From: Thermoplasmatota archaeon
Lineage (GTDB): Archaea; Thermoplasmatota; E2; JACPAO01; JAHFTW01
Direction: 5' to 3'
NCBI GenBank assembly: GCA_041601615.1
Contig: JBFIHX010000011.1
Span: 1-64,000, forward strand
Length of the DNA: 64,000 nucleotides
Position 1 is the stretch's first letter. The number at the start of each line of letters is the position of its first letter. The notes under the pieces were generated by a model. The model did no database searches, was not told the DNA's origin, and saw only the letters and a program-made list of their open reading frames with translations. Positions 1 to 9,466 of the stretch are shown here, one piece after another. Both the position numbers and the translations under genes were made by a program.

Positions 1-225
1 ATCGCCCTGGATCGTCGGCCGGAGGCCGGCGGTCCCCCAGGTAATCCGAGGGGCGGAGCCCCTAGGTTCTACGTCGCGATGCTTGGCGGTGAAGATCCCA
101 GCGAAATCCGCGAAATCAAGGGCCTCAAAGCGCACTTGAAAGCTTGAATCGCAGGTGAATCGCAGGTGAATCGCAGGTGAATCGCCCTGGATCGTCGGCC
201 GGATGCCGGCGGCTCTCTCAGGTAA
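1..225. repeat. Imperfect direct repeat (1-44 vs 181-225, period 180 bp) with hairpins
   Basis: ATCGCCCTGGATCGTCGGCCGGA is identical at 1-23 and 181-203, and both copies continue to ...CAGGTAA. Hairpins at 9-35 and 49-63 have GGA loops. Confidence 0.85.
146..185. repeat. 11-bp tandem repeat (GAATCGCAGGT)x3.6
   Basis: Exact copies at 146-156, 157-167 and 168-178; partial copy at 179-185. Confidence 0.95.
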
Positions 226-356
226 ATACATTTTCTTCCTTCTTTTGCATCCATATTCCAAGGAACCATGAATCATTTTGTTGAGTTTCTTGCAACATGA
301 CCATATCCCTGAAGCCCATCGCCGCTTGTCTCATCAGGAGACACAGGGGTAACAAA

Positions 357-1112
357 ATGAACACAACCACTCGAATCAGCATCATCGCACTCGCACTCGC
401 ATCCTTCGTAACCCTCCCGGCACTGGCCTCCAATTACGTGGGTGGCGCAACCTTCGTCGCCCGAGACGACGGCGCCGGCCAACTCCTGGATGCCGGCGGC
501 ATGATGTGCTACGAAGACACCGGCGACGGAGTCGGAGGCGCCTGCATCGCATGGGACGATCTTGCACCGGGCCAAGAATACGCTGCCATCAACGACGTCA
601 TGACCGGCACAAACGTCGCCTTCCAAGTCTGCGTCGACAACAACGGCGACGGCCTATGCGGCGACACGCCCTCCACGGTCGGCAAGGCAGGCAGCATATT
701 CGACGCCTGCCGCGACACCATCCTGTTTAGCCACGACGACAACGGCACATTCTACAACCCGCTGGGCCCGCTGCCGCTGGACTTTACCCAAGGATGCGCC
801 GGCGGCTTCCCCGGCTGGATTCTCTTCCTGTGCGAAGGCGCCCACGACGACGGCAGCAGCACCCACACGCACAGTGTCACCAGCGGAACCTTCACGCCTT
901 CCACCACCGGCAGTGGCAAAGGAACATTCTGCGGCGGCATCGGCGAACTGAATATCCCGCCCAAGCCCTACGTGATTGCTGATGGCGACGCCACGCCCGA
1001 CGAAATCGGCGACCTCATCAGCGGTGTGCTTGCCAGATTGCAAGACGTCCTCGAAGACCTCTCCCGCTTCGTCGATGCTGTGGCCGTCCGGGACCTGCCC
1101 TCCATCGGGTAA
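357..1112 (+). CDS. Secreted Cys/Gly-rich hypothetical protein, paralog 1
   Basis: Signal peptide MNTTTRISIIALALASFVTLPALA; DNNGDG Ca-binding-like loop; 8 Cys; strongly similar to 1408-2166. Start chosen from the shared leader. Confidence 0.85.
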   Translation: MNTTTRISIIALALASFVTLPALASNYVGGATFVARDDGAGQLLDAGGMMCYEDTGDGVGGACIAWDDLAPGQEYAAINDVMTGTNVAFQVCVDNNGDGLCGDTPSTVGKAGSIFDACRDTILFSHDDNGTFYNPLGPLPLDFTQGCAGGFPGWILFLCEGAHDDGSSTHTHSVTSGTFTPSTTGSGKGTFCGGIGELNIPPKPYVIADGDATPDEIGDLISGVLARLQDVLEDLSRFVDAVAVRDLPSIG

Positions 1113-1407
1113 GTGCGCCCAGCGCATTCGCATCCTCCTCCTTTTCCCATGAACCATCCAAAAATTGGTGCCCGGATTCACCCGCACCGGAGCCATCGGG
1201 TCCAGCATCGCCCCCATCGACAGGCGCGTCTCCGCGTCCACTGATCTCGGGGCGTATCCTCTACTTGCACGCGGGATTTGCGGGCTCACGAGGCCGCCCA
1301 CGCTTTCCACGAACTACATGAAACCAAATCATTCTGTTTCCTACAATAATTCCATAACCTAGACATCCATGTTCCCTTGTCTCCTTGGGAGGCACAGGGG
1401 TAACAAA

Positions 1408-2166
1408 ATGAACACCACCATCCGAACCACGCTCTGCACAATCATCCTACTCTCGTTCTCTGTAGCGCCCACGCTCGCATCCATGTATGTCGGAGGCGCA
1501 ACCTTCGTCGCCCGCGACAACAGCGTAGGCCAACTCCTCGACGCCGGAGGAATGCTCTGCTACGAAGGCACCGGAGATGGCGTAGGCGGCGCCTGCCTAT
1601 CCTGGGCCGACGTGGGCAGCAACCAGTTTGTACGCGTCGCAGACGGCCTCGCCGACACCAACGTCGCGTTCCAAGTCTGCGTCGACAACAACGGCGACGG
1701 CCTATGCGGCGGCATCATCAACGAAGGCCCAGGAGGCATCCTCACCGGCTGCTTCGACACCATCCTCTTTAGCCACGACGACGCCGGAACGTTCTACAAC
1801 CCCCTCGGGCCCCTGCCCACCAGCTTCCCACCCGGATGCAGCGGCGGCTTCCCCGGCTGGATCGTCTTCCTGTGCGAGGGCATACACGACGACGGCAGCA
1901 CCACCCACACCCATCCAGTCACCGCCGGCACCGTGACCGCCACCAACACCGGCAGCGGCACGGGAACCTTCTGCGGCGGCACCCTAGAAATCAGCGTCCC
2001 GCCCAAACCCTACGTCGTCGTTCCTGACGGCGCAACCCCCGCCGAAATCGAGGCGCTCGTCGAGGCCGCAGTATCCGTTGCAGAGGACACAACCCAGCAA
2101 ATCATCGCCTTCCTCGATGCACTCGTGGGCCCAGCGACGCTGCCTGAAATCCCCTCCATCCCCTAA
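1408..2166 (+). CDS. Secreted Cys/Gly-rich hypothetical protein, paralog 2
   Basis: Tandem paralog of 357-1112; YVGGATFVARD, FQVCVDNNGDGLCG and FYNPLGPLP are conserved. Confidence 0.85.
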   Translation: MNTTIRTTLCTIILLSFSVAPTLASMYVGGATFVARDNSVGQLLDAGGMLCYEGTGDGVGGACLSWADVGSNQFVRVADGLADTNVAFQVCVDNNGDGLCGGIINEGPGGILTGCFDTILFSHDDAGTFYNPLGPLPTSFPPGCSGGFPGWIVFLCEGIHDDGSTTHTHPVTAGTVTATNTGSGTGTFCGGTLEISVPPKPYVVVPDGATPAEIEALVEAAVSVAEDTTQQIIAFLDALVGPATLPEIPSIP

Positions 2167-2288
2167 GCAAACGCTGCCCACGGGGCCCTCGTCCTCCTTT
2201 TCCACACCATTCCATGATTTCCATTCCAACCTCGCCGCGACCGCCTCAGACGCCCGTCCCCTCATCGCGTCCCCTTTAAGCACTCCTC

Positions 2289-3281
2289 ATGGTGGTCCCA
2301 GCGTTGGAAGGTCTGTCGTCCCTGCGCTCCATCGCATCGGCCCCGGGAAAGGTCATCCTCTTCGGCGAGCACGCCGTCGTGTACGGCCACCCCGCAATCG
2401 CCGCCGCCACGGACCAACGCACCCTCGTGGAAGTCGACCGCTGCGGCGACCGCTTCACCGTCAATGGCTTTCGCATCCACGAACGCTACCACAGCTACCT
2501 CCTCAAAGCCGTCGAAGAACTGTGGCACGAAGACGACGCCGTCCGCATCCAAACCGAAGGCGGCGTCCCCTCCGCATCCGGCACCGGCAGCAGCGCCGCA
2601 CTCACCGTCGCCACCGTTGCAGCCCTGCATCGACTCCAAGAAATCGACGACCTACCGCGCCTTGCCCAAGATGCGTTCACCATCGAGCGCAAAACCCAAG
2701 GTGGCGGCAGCCCCGTCGACACCAGCACCAGCACCGCAGGCGGCGCCATCGCCATCGCAGGCGAACCTCCCCAGATGGGCGAGCGGCTGTGGGACATCCA
2801 CTGGGAAGAGCAAACCTGGTTCGTCGAACGGGTCCCGCTTCCTGCCCTGAGTCTCGTCGTGGGCAACAGCGGCGTCAAAGGCCGCACCGACGAACAAGTC
2901 GCCAAAGTGCGCAACGCCGCCGCCAAAAACGTCCTCGTGCGCGACACACTCGGCGAAATCGGCCAAATCGCCCGCGACGCCGTCCCCCTCCTTCGCAACG
3001 ACGACCGCGTCGGCATCGGGCAACTCATGGACCGCGCCCACGCCTGCATGCACACCATTGGCGTCAACCACCCCGCGGTGCAGCACCTCGTTGACGCCGT
3101 GCGCGCAGTCCCAGGGACCTTCGGAGCCAAAATAACAGGCGCCGGCGGCGGCGGCAGCATGGTCGCCCTCACCGACAAACCCCAGCGCGCCGCCACCGCC
3201 ATCGAAGAAGCCGGCGGAACCCCATACATCGTGCACCTTGGCGGACCCGGAGTGCTCTGGGAAAACAGCGCTAGCGACTAA
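2289..3281 (+). CDS. mvk: Mevalonate kinase
   Basis: APGKVILFGEHAVVYG, PSASGTGSSAA (GHMP ATP loop) and KITGAGGGG. The true start may be TTG 2304. Confidence 0.93.
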   Translation: MVVPALEGLSSLRSIASAPGKVILFGEHAVVYGHPAIAAATDQRTLVEVDRCGDRFTVNGFRIHERYHSYLLKAVEELWHEDDAVRIQTEGGVPSASGTGSSAALTVATVAALHRLQEIDDLPRLAQDAFTIERKTQGGGSPVDTSTSTAGGAIAIAGEPPQMGERLWDIHWEEQTWFVERVPLPALSLVVGNSGVKGRTDEQVAKVRNAAAKNVLVRDTLGEIGQIARDAVPLLRNDDRVGIGQLMDRAHACMHTIGVNHPAVQHLVDAVRAVPGTFGAKITGAGGGGSMVALTDKPQRAATAIEEAGGTPYIVHLGGPGVLWENSASD

Positions 3282-3382
3282 ACCCGCCTCGTGCCCCCAG
3301 CCCCTAGCGCACCGGGGCACAAGTGCAAAGGGGCAAAGTCCCAAAACACGAGGATTTGAGAACGCCACGCGAATCTTGGCCC

Positions 3383-3859
3383 ATGCGTGGATGGACGCTC
3401 ACCCTGAGCATCTGCCTATCCCTAACGCTTGCCGGCTGCGGACAGCCGGAGCCGACGGAGCCGAAGGAAGCCCGTTCAGCGGCAGACCCAGACCGGCTCG
3501 CCGGACAGGACGCGACAGCAGACGGCACCGGCACGCCCGCAGCGACCACTGGCGCGTCGTCCGGGTCCAGCGGCCCCCCTCCGAGCGACGCCGCGACAAA
3601 CGCGGAACCTACCGGCGATTCCGCAAGCGATCCGGCCCCCGCCCCCACTCCTGCTCCCGCGCCAGACTCCGCGCCCCCATCGGACCCCGAAGACCCCACG
3701 GAGCCAAGCGACCCAGCCCCGACACCCCCCGCGCCCCTCGACCCGTTGCCCATCGACGACGCCCTTTCGCCGCTTGATCCCGTGACCGACCCCGTGCCGA
3801 TCCCCGTCGTCCCCGCTGCTCCCGCTGCCCCCGCTGCCCCCGTGCTCCCGTTGCCCTAG
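3383..3859 (+). CDS. Pro/Asp/Ala-rich low-complexity lipoprotein
   Basis: Lipobox LAGC after a hydrophobic N-terminus; disordered P/D/T-rich body; PAA repeats at the C-terminus. Confidence 0.7.
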   Translation: MRGWTLTLSICLSLTLAGCGQPEPTEPKEARSAADPDRLAGQDATADGTGTPAATTGASSGSSGPPPSDAATNAEPTGDSASDPAPAPTPAPAPDSAPPSDPEDPTEPSDPAPTPPAPLDPLPIDDALSPLDPVTDPVPIPVVPAAPAAPAAPVLPLP

Positions 3860-3955
3860 GTCCTCCACGCGGCCGTTCTACCCGTCCTCGCCACCGCCCC
3901 CGGATGGCTCCCATGAAGCGACAGGGTTTTTGTCGGGCATGACGCTGTCGGCGCC

Positions 3956-4735
3956 ATGGTCCGCCCGGTGCTCTTGAAGCTCGGAGGCAGCGTGCTTACA
4001 GACAAGCAAGCCGAAGGCCGCTTCCGTCGCGCCGCTGCCAAGCGACTCCTCGGAGAAATTGCCCGCAGCGACCTCCCCGTCGTCCTCCTACACGGCGCCG
4101 GCAGCTTCGGCCACCCACAGGCCAAAAAACACGCCATCGGCCGCAAGCCCGTCGACAACGCCGCCAAAGCCGGCATCAGCGAAATCCTCGCCAGCGTCGG
4201 CCGCCTGCACGCCGACATCCTACAACTCGCCGTAGACGCCGGCCTGCGCCCCATCAGCGTACCCCTGCACCTACAATGCCACTCCGACGGCGACCAACTC
4301 ATGGACCTCCCCAGCCAACGCATCGCCCAACTCGTCGAAGAAGGCTACATGCCCGTCCTGCACGGCACCGTCGTGCGCGACGACGCCATGGGGTGGCGCG
4401 TGGTCAGCGCCGATGAAATCCTGATGGAACTGGCCCACGAATTGAACCCGCGCCTCGCCGTTTTTGCCACCGAAGTGGACGGTGTCTTCAACCGCGACCC
4501 CGGCCACGCCGACGCCAAACTCCTTCGCCGCGTCGGACCCAACGATCGCGCCCACATCGAAGACGCCGACCAAGGCGGCGCCGACGTCACCGGACGCATG
4601 ATCGGCAAATTGGACCGCGCCCTGGTAGTCGCCACCGAATGCCCCACCTGGATCATCAACGGCATGACACGCGGCAGACTCCACGACGTACTGCGCGGCA
4701 AGGACGTCACCGGCACCCGCGTCCTGGACGCCTGA
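3956..4735 (+). CDS. ipk: Isopentenyl phosphate kinase
   Basis: LKLGGSVLTDK, HGAGSFGH and DVTGRM motifs of the amino-acid-kinase-fold IPK; isoprenoid gene context. Confidence 0.92.
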   Translation: MVRPVLLKLGGSVLTDKQAEGRFRRAAAKRLLGEIARSDLPVVLLHGAGSFGHPQAKKHAIGRKPVDNAAKAGISEILASVGRLHADILQLAVDAGLRPISVPLHLQCHSDGDQLMDLPSQRIAQLVEEGYMPVLHGTVVRDDAMGWRVVSADEILMELAHELNPRLAVFATEVDGVFNRDPGHADAKLLRRVGPNDRAHIEDADQGGADVTGRMIGKLDRALVVATECPTWIINGMTRGRLHDVLRGKDVTGTRVLDA

Positions 4736-4792
4736 ATTCCCTTTGCACTCCTCCCCAACAACCATCTTTACCACCCTTTGATACCCGGATGC

Positions 4793-5029
4793 ATGCGCAC
4801 TTTCGCCGTCGCCTTCGTCCTGTTTATCGGCCTTCTAGCCGTTCCCTCCTCCCAAGCCTTTGACTGCGGCCCCGTCCCCCCAGTTGGGGAATTCGTCGAC
4901 TGCGTCTACGAGAAAGGCGCCGGAGCCGGCGGTCGACTCATTGGGGACGTAACCGACACCGTGGACGAGACCTACTATGGCCTCCCCTACTGCCTTCGCG
5001 AACCCACAGACCCCCACTGCTGGAACTAA
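4793..5029 (+). CDS. Small secreted 4-Cys peptide (family A, copy 1)
   Basis: Signal peptide ending SQA; paralog of 5091-5333. Confidence 0.8.
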   Translation: MRTFAVAFVLFIGLLAVPSSQAFDCGPVPPVGEFVDCVYEKGAGAGGRLIGDVTDTVDETYYGLPYCLREPTDPHCWN

Positions 5030-5090
5030 ACCTGCCGATTTCCCAATCATCACGAGAAAAGGCCATCCCTAGCCCCTCGGATACGAAATC

Positions 5091-5333
5091 ATGCGCAGCC
5101 TCGCTCTCGGACTCATACTCGCAAGCCTCCTCCTTCTCTCCGTTGCCCCCAGCGCCCAAGCCGATCTGCCCTGCAAAACCGGCTCTCCCGGCGAACGCAT
5201 CGACTGCCTCTATGAGGAAGGCACCGGCAGCGTCGGCGAACTCGTGGGCAAGGCCACCTACACCATCGACGAGATCTACTACAGCCTCGAATACTGCATC
5301 CGAGAGCCGCTAGATCCCATCTGCTGGACGTAG
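5091..5333 (+). CDS. Small secreted 4-Cys peptide (family A, copy 2)
   Basis: Signal peptide ending AQA; DCxYE.G.G and DExYY.L.YCxREP.DP.CW shared with copy 1. Confidence 0.8.
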   Translation: MRSLALGLILASLLLLSVAPSAQADLPCKTGSPGERIDCLYEEGTGSVGELVGKATYTIDEIYYSLEYCIREPLDPICWT

Positions 5334-5377
5334 GTCGCAAGCGACAACCTTTCCAGCGCCCCCACAGGTCCGCCGCC

Positions 5378-6412
5378 GTGGCCAACGCCGCCGAGACGGA
5401 GCGACGCAAGGAGGAGCACCTACGCATCCCCCTTGAACGCGACGTGCAAAGCATCCCCAACCCCTGGGACCAGGTGCGGTTGCGCCACGAACCACTGCCC
5501 GAATTCGACCTCGCAGACGTGGACCTCGCCACCACGTTTTTGGGACACAGCCTCAAAGCTCCCCTCCAAATCACCGGGATGACCGGAGGCGCAAGGCTCG
5601 CCCACGAATTCAACGACCACCTCGCTGCAGCCGCCGCCGAACACGGCCTCGCCATGGGGGTCGGCAGCCAACGCGCCGCCATCGAAAACCCCGACCTCGC
5701 GGACACCTACCGCGTCATCTTGGACCACGAAGTGCCCATGCGCTTTGGCAACCTCGGCCTGCCGCAAATTCTCCTCTGGGGAGAAAACGCCGCCGCCCAC
5801 GCCGAAACCGCCGTGGAAATGATCGACGCGCACGCTCTGTACATCCACCTCAACCCGCTGCAAGAAGCCGTCCAACCCGAAGGCGACACGGTCGCAGCCG
5901 GAGGACTCGACGCCATCCAAGGCCTCTGCAAGGCGCTCCGCGTGCCCGTACTGGTCAAAGAAACCGGCGCCGGCATCGACGGCCGCACCGCCACGCGCCT
6001 TGCCCATGCCGGAGTCGCAGGCATCGACGTGGGCGGACTCGGCGGCACCAGCTTTAGCGCCGTCGAATACCACCGCGCCGTGGATCTTGGCAACGACGCC
6101 AAAGCACGCCTCGGCAAAACCTACTGGGACTGGGGCAACCCCACACCACAGTGCGTCGCAAGCGTGCGAAAATCCCTCCCTGACCTTCCCCTCGTCGCCA
6201 CAGGCGGACTGCGCACCGGCCTCGACGCCGCCCGCGCCCTCGCCCTCGGCGCAAACCTCGCCGGATACGCCGGAACCCTCTTTCGAGCCGCCTCCAACGG
6301 AAGGGAGAGCACGCTCAAGGAAGCCCGTCTTCTCTTAGAAGAGTTGAAGACTGGCTTGTACCTGACCGGCGCCCGTCACCCGGCCGCACTGTCGGAGGAA
6401 CACTGTCTATGA
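5378..6412 (+). CDS. fni: Type 2 isopentenyl-diphosphate isomerase
   Basis: RKEEHL, GMTGG, GVGSQRAA, HLNPLQEAVQPEGD, VKETGAG and GGTSF motifs. Confidence 0.95.
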   Translation: MANAAETERRKEEHLRIPLERDVQSIPNPWDQVRLRHEPLPEFDLADVDLATTFLGHSLKAPLQITGMTGGARLAHEFNDHLAAAAAEHGLAMGVGSQRAAIENPDLADTYRVILDHEVPMRFGNLGLPQILLWGENAAAHAETAVEMIDAHALYIHLNPLQEAVQPEGDTVAAGGLDAIQGLCKALRVPVLVKETGAGIDGRTATRLAHAGVAGIDVGGLGGTSFSAVEYHRAVDLGNDAKARLGKTYWDWGNPTPQCVASVRKSLPDLPLVATGGLRTGLDAARALALGANLAGYAGTLFRAASNGRESTLKEARLLLEELKTGLYLTGARHPAALSEEHCL

Positions 6413-7401
6413 ACCTCGAAGCCGCGCTCCGGCCCTACCTGCACCAGTTCTCTGAGGAGTTCAACAAGTACCTCGTAAAGCGGGACCTGAAGCCCCAGGA
6501 ACTGTACGACGCAGTACGCCATTTGCCCATCAACGGAGGCGGAAAACGCCTGCGCCCCATCATCGCCCTGCTTGCCGCCCAGGCCTGCGGAGGCGACTCG
6601 AAAAAGGTCATGCCCTACGGCGTGGCCCTGGAGATTCTGCACAACTTCACGCTCATCCACGACGACATCATGGACGACTGCGACACCCGCCGCGGCGTCG
6701 AAGCCGTCCACAAGAAGTGGGGCGTCAACGTCGGCATCCTCGCCGGCGACACCATGTTCAGCCTCGTCTTCGAGCTCCTCGACCACCTCGAAATTGACGA
6801 TGCCCTGTACCGCAGCGTCAGCCAAGATGTTGCCAAACTCGCCCGCGAAGTCTGCGAAGGCCAGTACTGGGATATGGCGTTCGAGAACCAGAAGAAAATC
6901 GACGAGCTGCAGTACTACCACATGATCGAGCGCAAAACCGCCACGTTCTTCGAAACCGCCATGAAAAACGGCGCAGAACTCGGCGGCGGCGACCACCAGC
7001 AAATCAAGAAGCTCGCCGAATGCGGACGCCTCTTGGGCCTCGCGTTCCAAGTCTGGGACGACTACCTCGGCGTCACCGGCACCGACGAAGAACTCGGAAA
7101 ACCGGCCCACTCGGACATCGTCAACGGCAAGAAGACGCTCGTGTACGTCAGCACGCACACCAAGCTCGACCCCTTCGACCGCCGCCAATTCGTGGACCTC
7201 TACAAGAAAGAAGGCAAGTCTTCCGAGGAGATCTCCACGATTCTCAAGTTCATGGAAAAGAGCGGTGGCCTAGAGTACACCCGCACCCGCGCTCGCGAGT
7301 TCAGCAGCTTTGCCAAGGCGACCCTGTCGGATCTGCCAGACACCGCCGCCAAGCGGTTGCTCGGCCTCCTCTGCGAGCACGCAAGCTCCCGCAAGAACTG
7401 A
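6409..7401 (+). CDS. idsA: Geranylgeranyl diphosphate synthase (polyprenyl synthase)
   Basis: GGKRLRP, HNFTLIHDDIMD..RRG (first Asp-rich motif) and FQVWDDYL; ATGA overlap with fni. Confidence 0.92.
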   Translation: MNLEAALRPYLHQFSEEFNKYLVKRDLKPQELYDAVRHLPINGGGKRLRPIIALLAAQACGGDSKKVMPYGVALEILHNFTLIHDDIMDDCDTRRGVEAVHKKWGVNVGILAGDTMFSLVFELLDHLEIDDALYRSVSQDVAKLAREVCEGQYWDMAFENQKKIDELQYYHMIERKTATFFETAMKNGAELGGGDHQQIKKLAECGRLLGLAFQVWDDYLGVTGTDEELGKPAHSDIVNGKKTLVYVSTHTKLDPFDRRQFVDLYKKEGKSSEEISTILKFMEKSGGLEYTRTRAREFSSFAKATLSDLPDTAAKRLLGLLCEHASSRKN

Positions 7402-7409
7402 ACCGAATC

Positions 7410-7442
7410 GAACGGCCCGGCCAGCTCGCGCCGGGTCAGTTC
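7410..7442. terminator. Hairpin between convergent genes (possible bidirectional terminator)
   Basis: GAACGGCCCGGC...GCCGGGTCAGTTC imperfect inverted repeat. Confidence 0.35.
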
Positions 7443-8416
7443 ATCGCGTTTCCTACCTGTGCTGCGGGGTAGCCCTCGGGAACAGGTCGGGTCCAAACCC
7501 GTGTGCCCGTAGCGGATGCGTTGACGGTCTCGCCATCGCCCACTACGCAATCGGCCAACTCCACGCCGGGCGCCACCGTCACGTCCCGGCCAAGCACGCA
7601 GCCGCGAAGGCTTGCCCCTGTGCCCATGCGCAAGCCCGTGCCGGCCACGCTGTCATGGATGGCCACGTCGTCGCCAAGCTTGGCGTCCTTGGGAATCGCC
7701 GAGTGTCCGTTCAACGCGGCCGTGGCGATGCGGATGCGGGCAGGATCACCCACATCCACCCAGAGGCCATCGTAGGGCACCCCGTACACGCCATCGTCGA
7801 GAAGGCCGGGCAGAATCTCCTTTTCAAAGCTCACGAGGCGGCCGGGCGGAATCGATTCCAACACATCGCGGCGCAACAGATAGACACCGGCATTGATGAG
7901 GCGACTCGGGGCCAAGTCAGGCGTCGCAGGTTTCTCTACGAATCCACGCAGCCGAACTCCGCTCTCTGCTTCTTCGGCTACGTCCGCGACGCCAAAATGC
8001 ACCACGTCCGCCAGCGGCACCTCGCGCAGGGCCACCACGCACGCGGCGCCCGTCTCCTTCTGGCATCGCACCATGCGCTCCAGGTCAAAGTCGCTAACAA
8101 TGTCAGCGAACACCACAAACACCGGATCGGATCGAACCGCATCCAGGCAATTGCGCATCGCGCCACCCGTGCCCAGAGGCTCGTTTTCCAAGACCACCTC
8201 GAACTCGAGGGGGCGAGGGCTGGCCTTGAAGTGTGCCTCCAATTCCGCCGCCTTCCAGTTCAACGCTACAATGACGCGATCGACCTCGTTTGGCAACCGA
8301 TCAAGCACCCACTCAAGCATGGGCCGACCCGCTACATCCAGCAGCGGCTTGGGCCTCGTGTAGGTAAGCGGTCGAAGGCGCGTTCCGTACCCGCCTGCAA
8401 GCAAGATGGCGTCCAC
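7436..8416 (-). CDS. NDP-sugar pyrophosphorylase (mannose-1-P guanylyltransferase-like)
   Basis: LAGGYGTRLRPLT..PKPL, EPLGTGG, FVEKP and WVDVG motifs; C-terminal left-handed beta-helix repeats. Confidence 0.9.
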   Translation of the reverse strand: MDAILLAGGYGTRLRPLTYTRPKPLLDVAGRPMLEWVLDRLPNEVDRVIVALNWKAAELEAHFKASPRPLEFEVVLENEPLGTGGAMRNCLDAVRSDPVFVVFADIVSDFDLERMVRCQKETGAACVVALREVPLADVVHFGVADVAEEAESGVRLRGFVEKPATPDLAPSRLINAGVYLLRRDVLESIPPGRLVSFEKEILPGLLDDGVYGVPYDGLWVDVGDPARIRIATAALNGHSAIPKDAKLGDDVAIHDSVAGTGLRMGTGASLRGCVLGRDVTVAPGVELADCVVGDGETVNASATGTRVWTRPVPEGYPAAQVGNAMN

Positions 8417-8446
8417 ACGGGGGCGAAGGCCCCCTCCTTGAAGAAT

Positions 8447-9466
8447 TCACGGCGGCAAAAAGAGCGTAAACCGACAACCCTGGCCCCGACTTGACTCTAC
8501 GCGTAGGGTGCCGCCGTGCGCCCGCATCGCGTGTTGCGCCACAAACAAGCCAAGGCCCACACCCTGTCCATCGGAACTGCCGTGTACACTTGCAAACGGC
8601 TCCCAAATCGCCGCTTGCTGCGCTGGGTCCAATCCAGGCCCTTCATCACGCACCGAAACCTCATAGCCCGCGTCCGTGGGTCGAGCCTGCACATGCACGG
8701 CGCCACCTGCGGGCGTAAACCGCAGCGCATTTTCCAAAAGTGTCTCCAAAACATGCAAAATTCGACCCCGATCAAGCAGGCACGGCATCGGTGTTTGCGC
8801 CCGCACATGAAACTCGATTCCTTCGTCGTCGGCCGCATCACGAAACGCCGCGCACGCTTCATGCACCACCGCCCGCAAGTCCAAGTGCGAGCGCTCGACT
8901 CGAAACTCGCCCCGCGCCACGGCCGCAGCACACCGCACCTCGTCCAGCAAAACCTCCATGCGCTGCGCAAACACCTCCAAGCCAGCCACGCGCTCGCGCA
9001 TTTCGGTGCCAACAGGGCCCCACAGGCCGGCGCGCAGAGCCCGCAAACCCTCGATGAGCGGCGCCACGGGGTCCTGGCGGTCCGCCTGCGCCCGCAGGGA
9101 CAACTCTTGGCGCCACGACCGCGCCTGGTCTTCTGCTGCAAGATCCGGAGGCGCTACCGGCACAACGCCGACCATCGCCACGCCTTTGGTGCTTGAAGGA
9201 GTCAATTGCAAATGAATCCAGGGCTGATCGCCAGCATACCGGAGACGAACATCAAACTCGGACGACTCAAACGGCGCGTGAACCGCCCGGGTCAATGCTT
9301 CGGACACCTGCGACCAGGAATTGCGATCCAACCACGCCTCCAGCCGCTTGCCCACCGGATCAACCCCAAGAAGGACCGCGAACTCCGCATCCGCCTCCAG
9401 CACGGTCCCTTCCCCGTCGGCGCGCGCGTGCCCTTCGAGAATCATACTGGATGCTCCTCGGTCCAT
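8447..9466 (-). CDS. Histidine-kinase-like protein with HATPase_c and a degenerate H-box
   Basis: N box (LLENALRFT), G1 (DEGPG), F box and G2 (GVGLGL) are present. The H-box reads AQADRQDPV, with no His. PAS-like N-terminus. Confidence 0.8.
   Translation of the reverse strand: MDRGASSMILEGHARADGEGTVLEADAEFAVLLGVDPVGKRLEAWLDRNSWSQVSEALTRAVHAPFESSEFDVRLRYAGDQPWIHLQLTPSSTKGVAMVGVVPVAPPDLAAEDQARSWRQELSLRAQADRQDPVAPLIEGLRALRAGLWGPVGTEMRERVAGLEVFAQRMEVLLDEVRCAAAVARGEFRVERSHLDLRAVVHEACAAFRDAADDEGIEFHVRAQTPMPCLLDRGRILHVLETLLENALRFTPAGGAVHVQARPTDAGYEVSVRDEGPGLDPAQQAAIWEPFASVHGSSDGQGVGLGLFVAQHAMRAHGGTLRVESSRGQGCRFTLFLPP

Noticed and set aside
146-185. Short repeats as a CRISPR array
   Set aside because: The 11-bp units are contiguous with no spacers, and there are no cas genes in the window.
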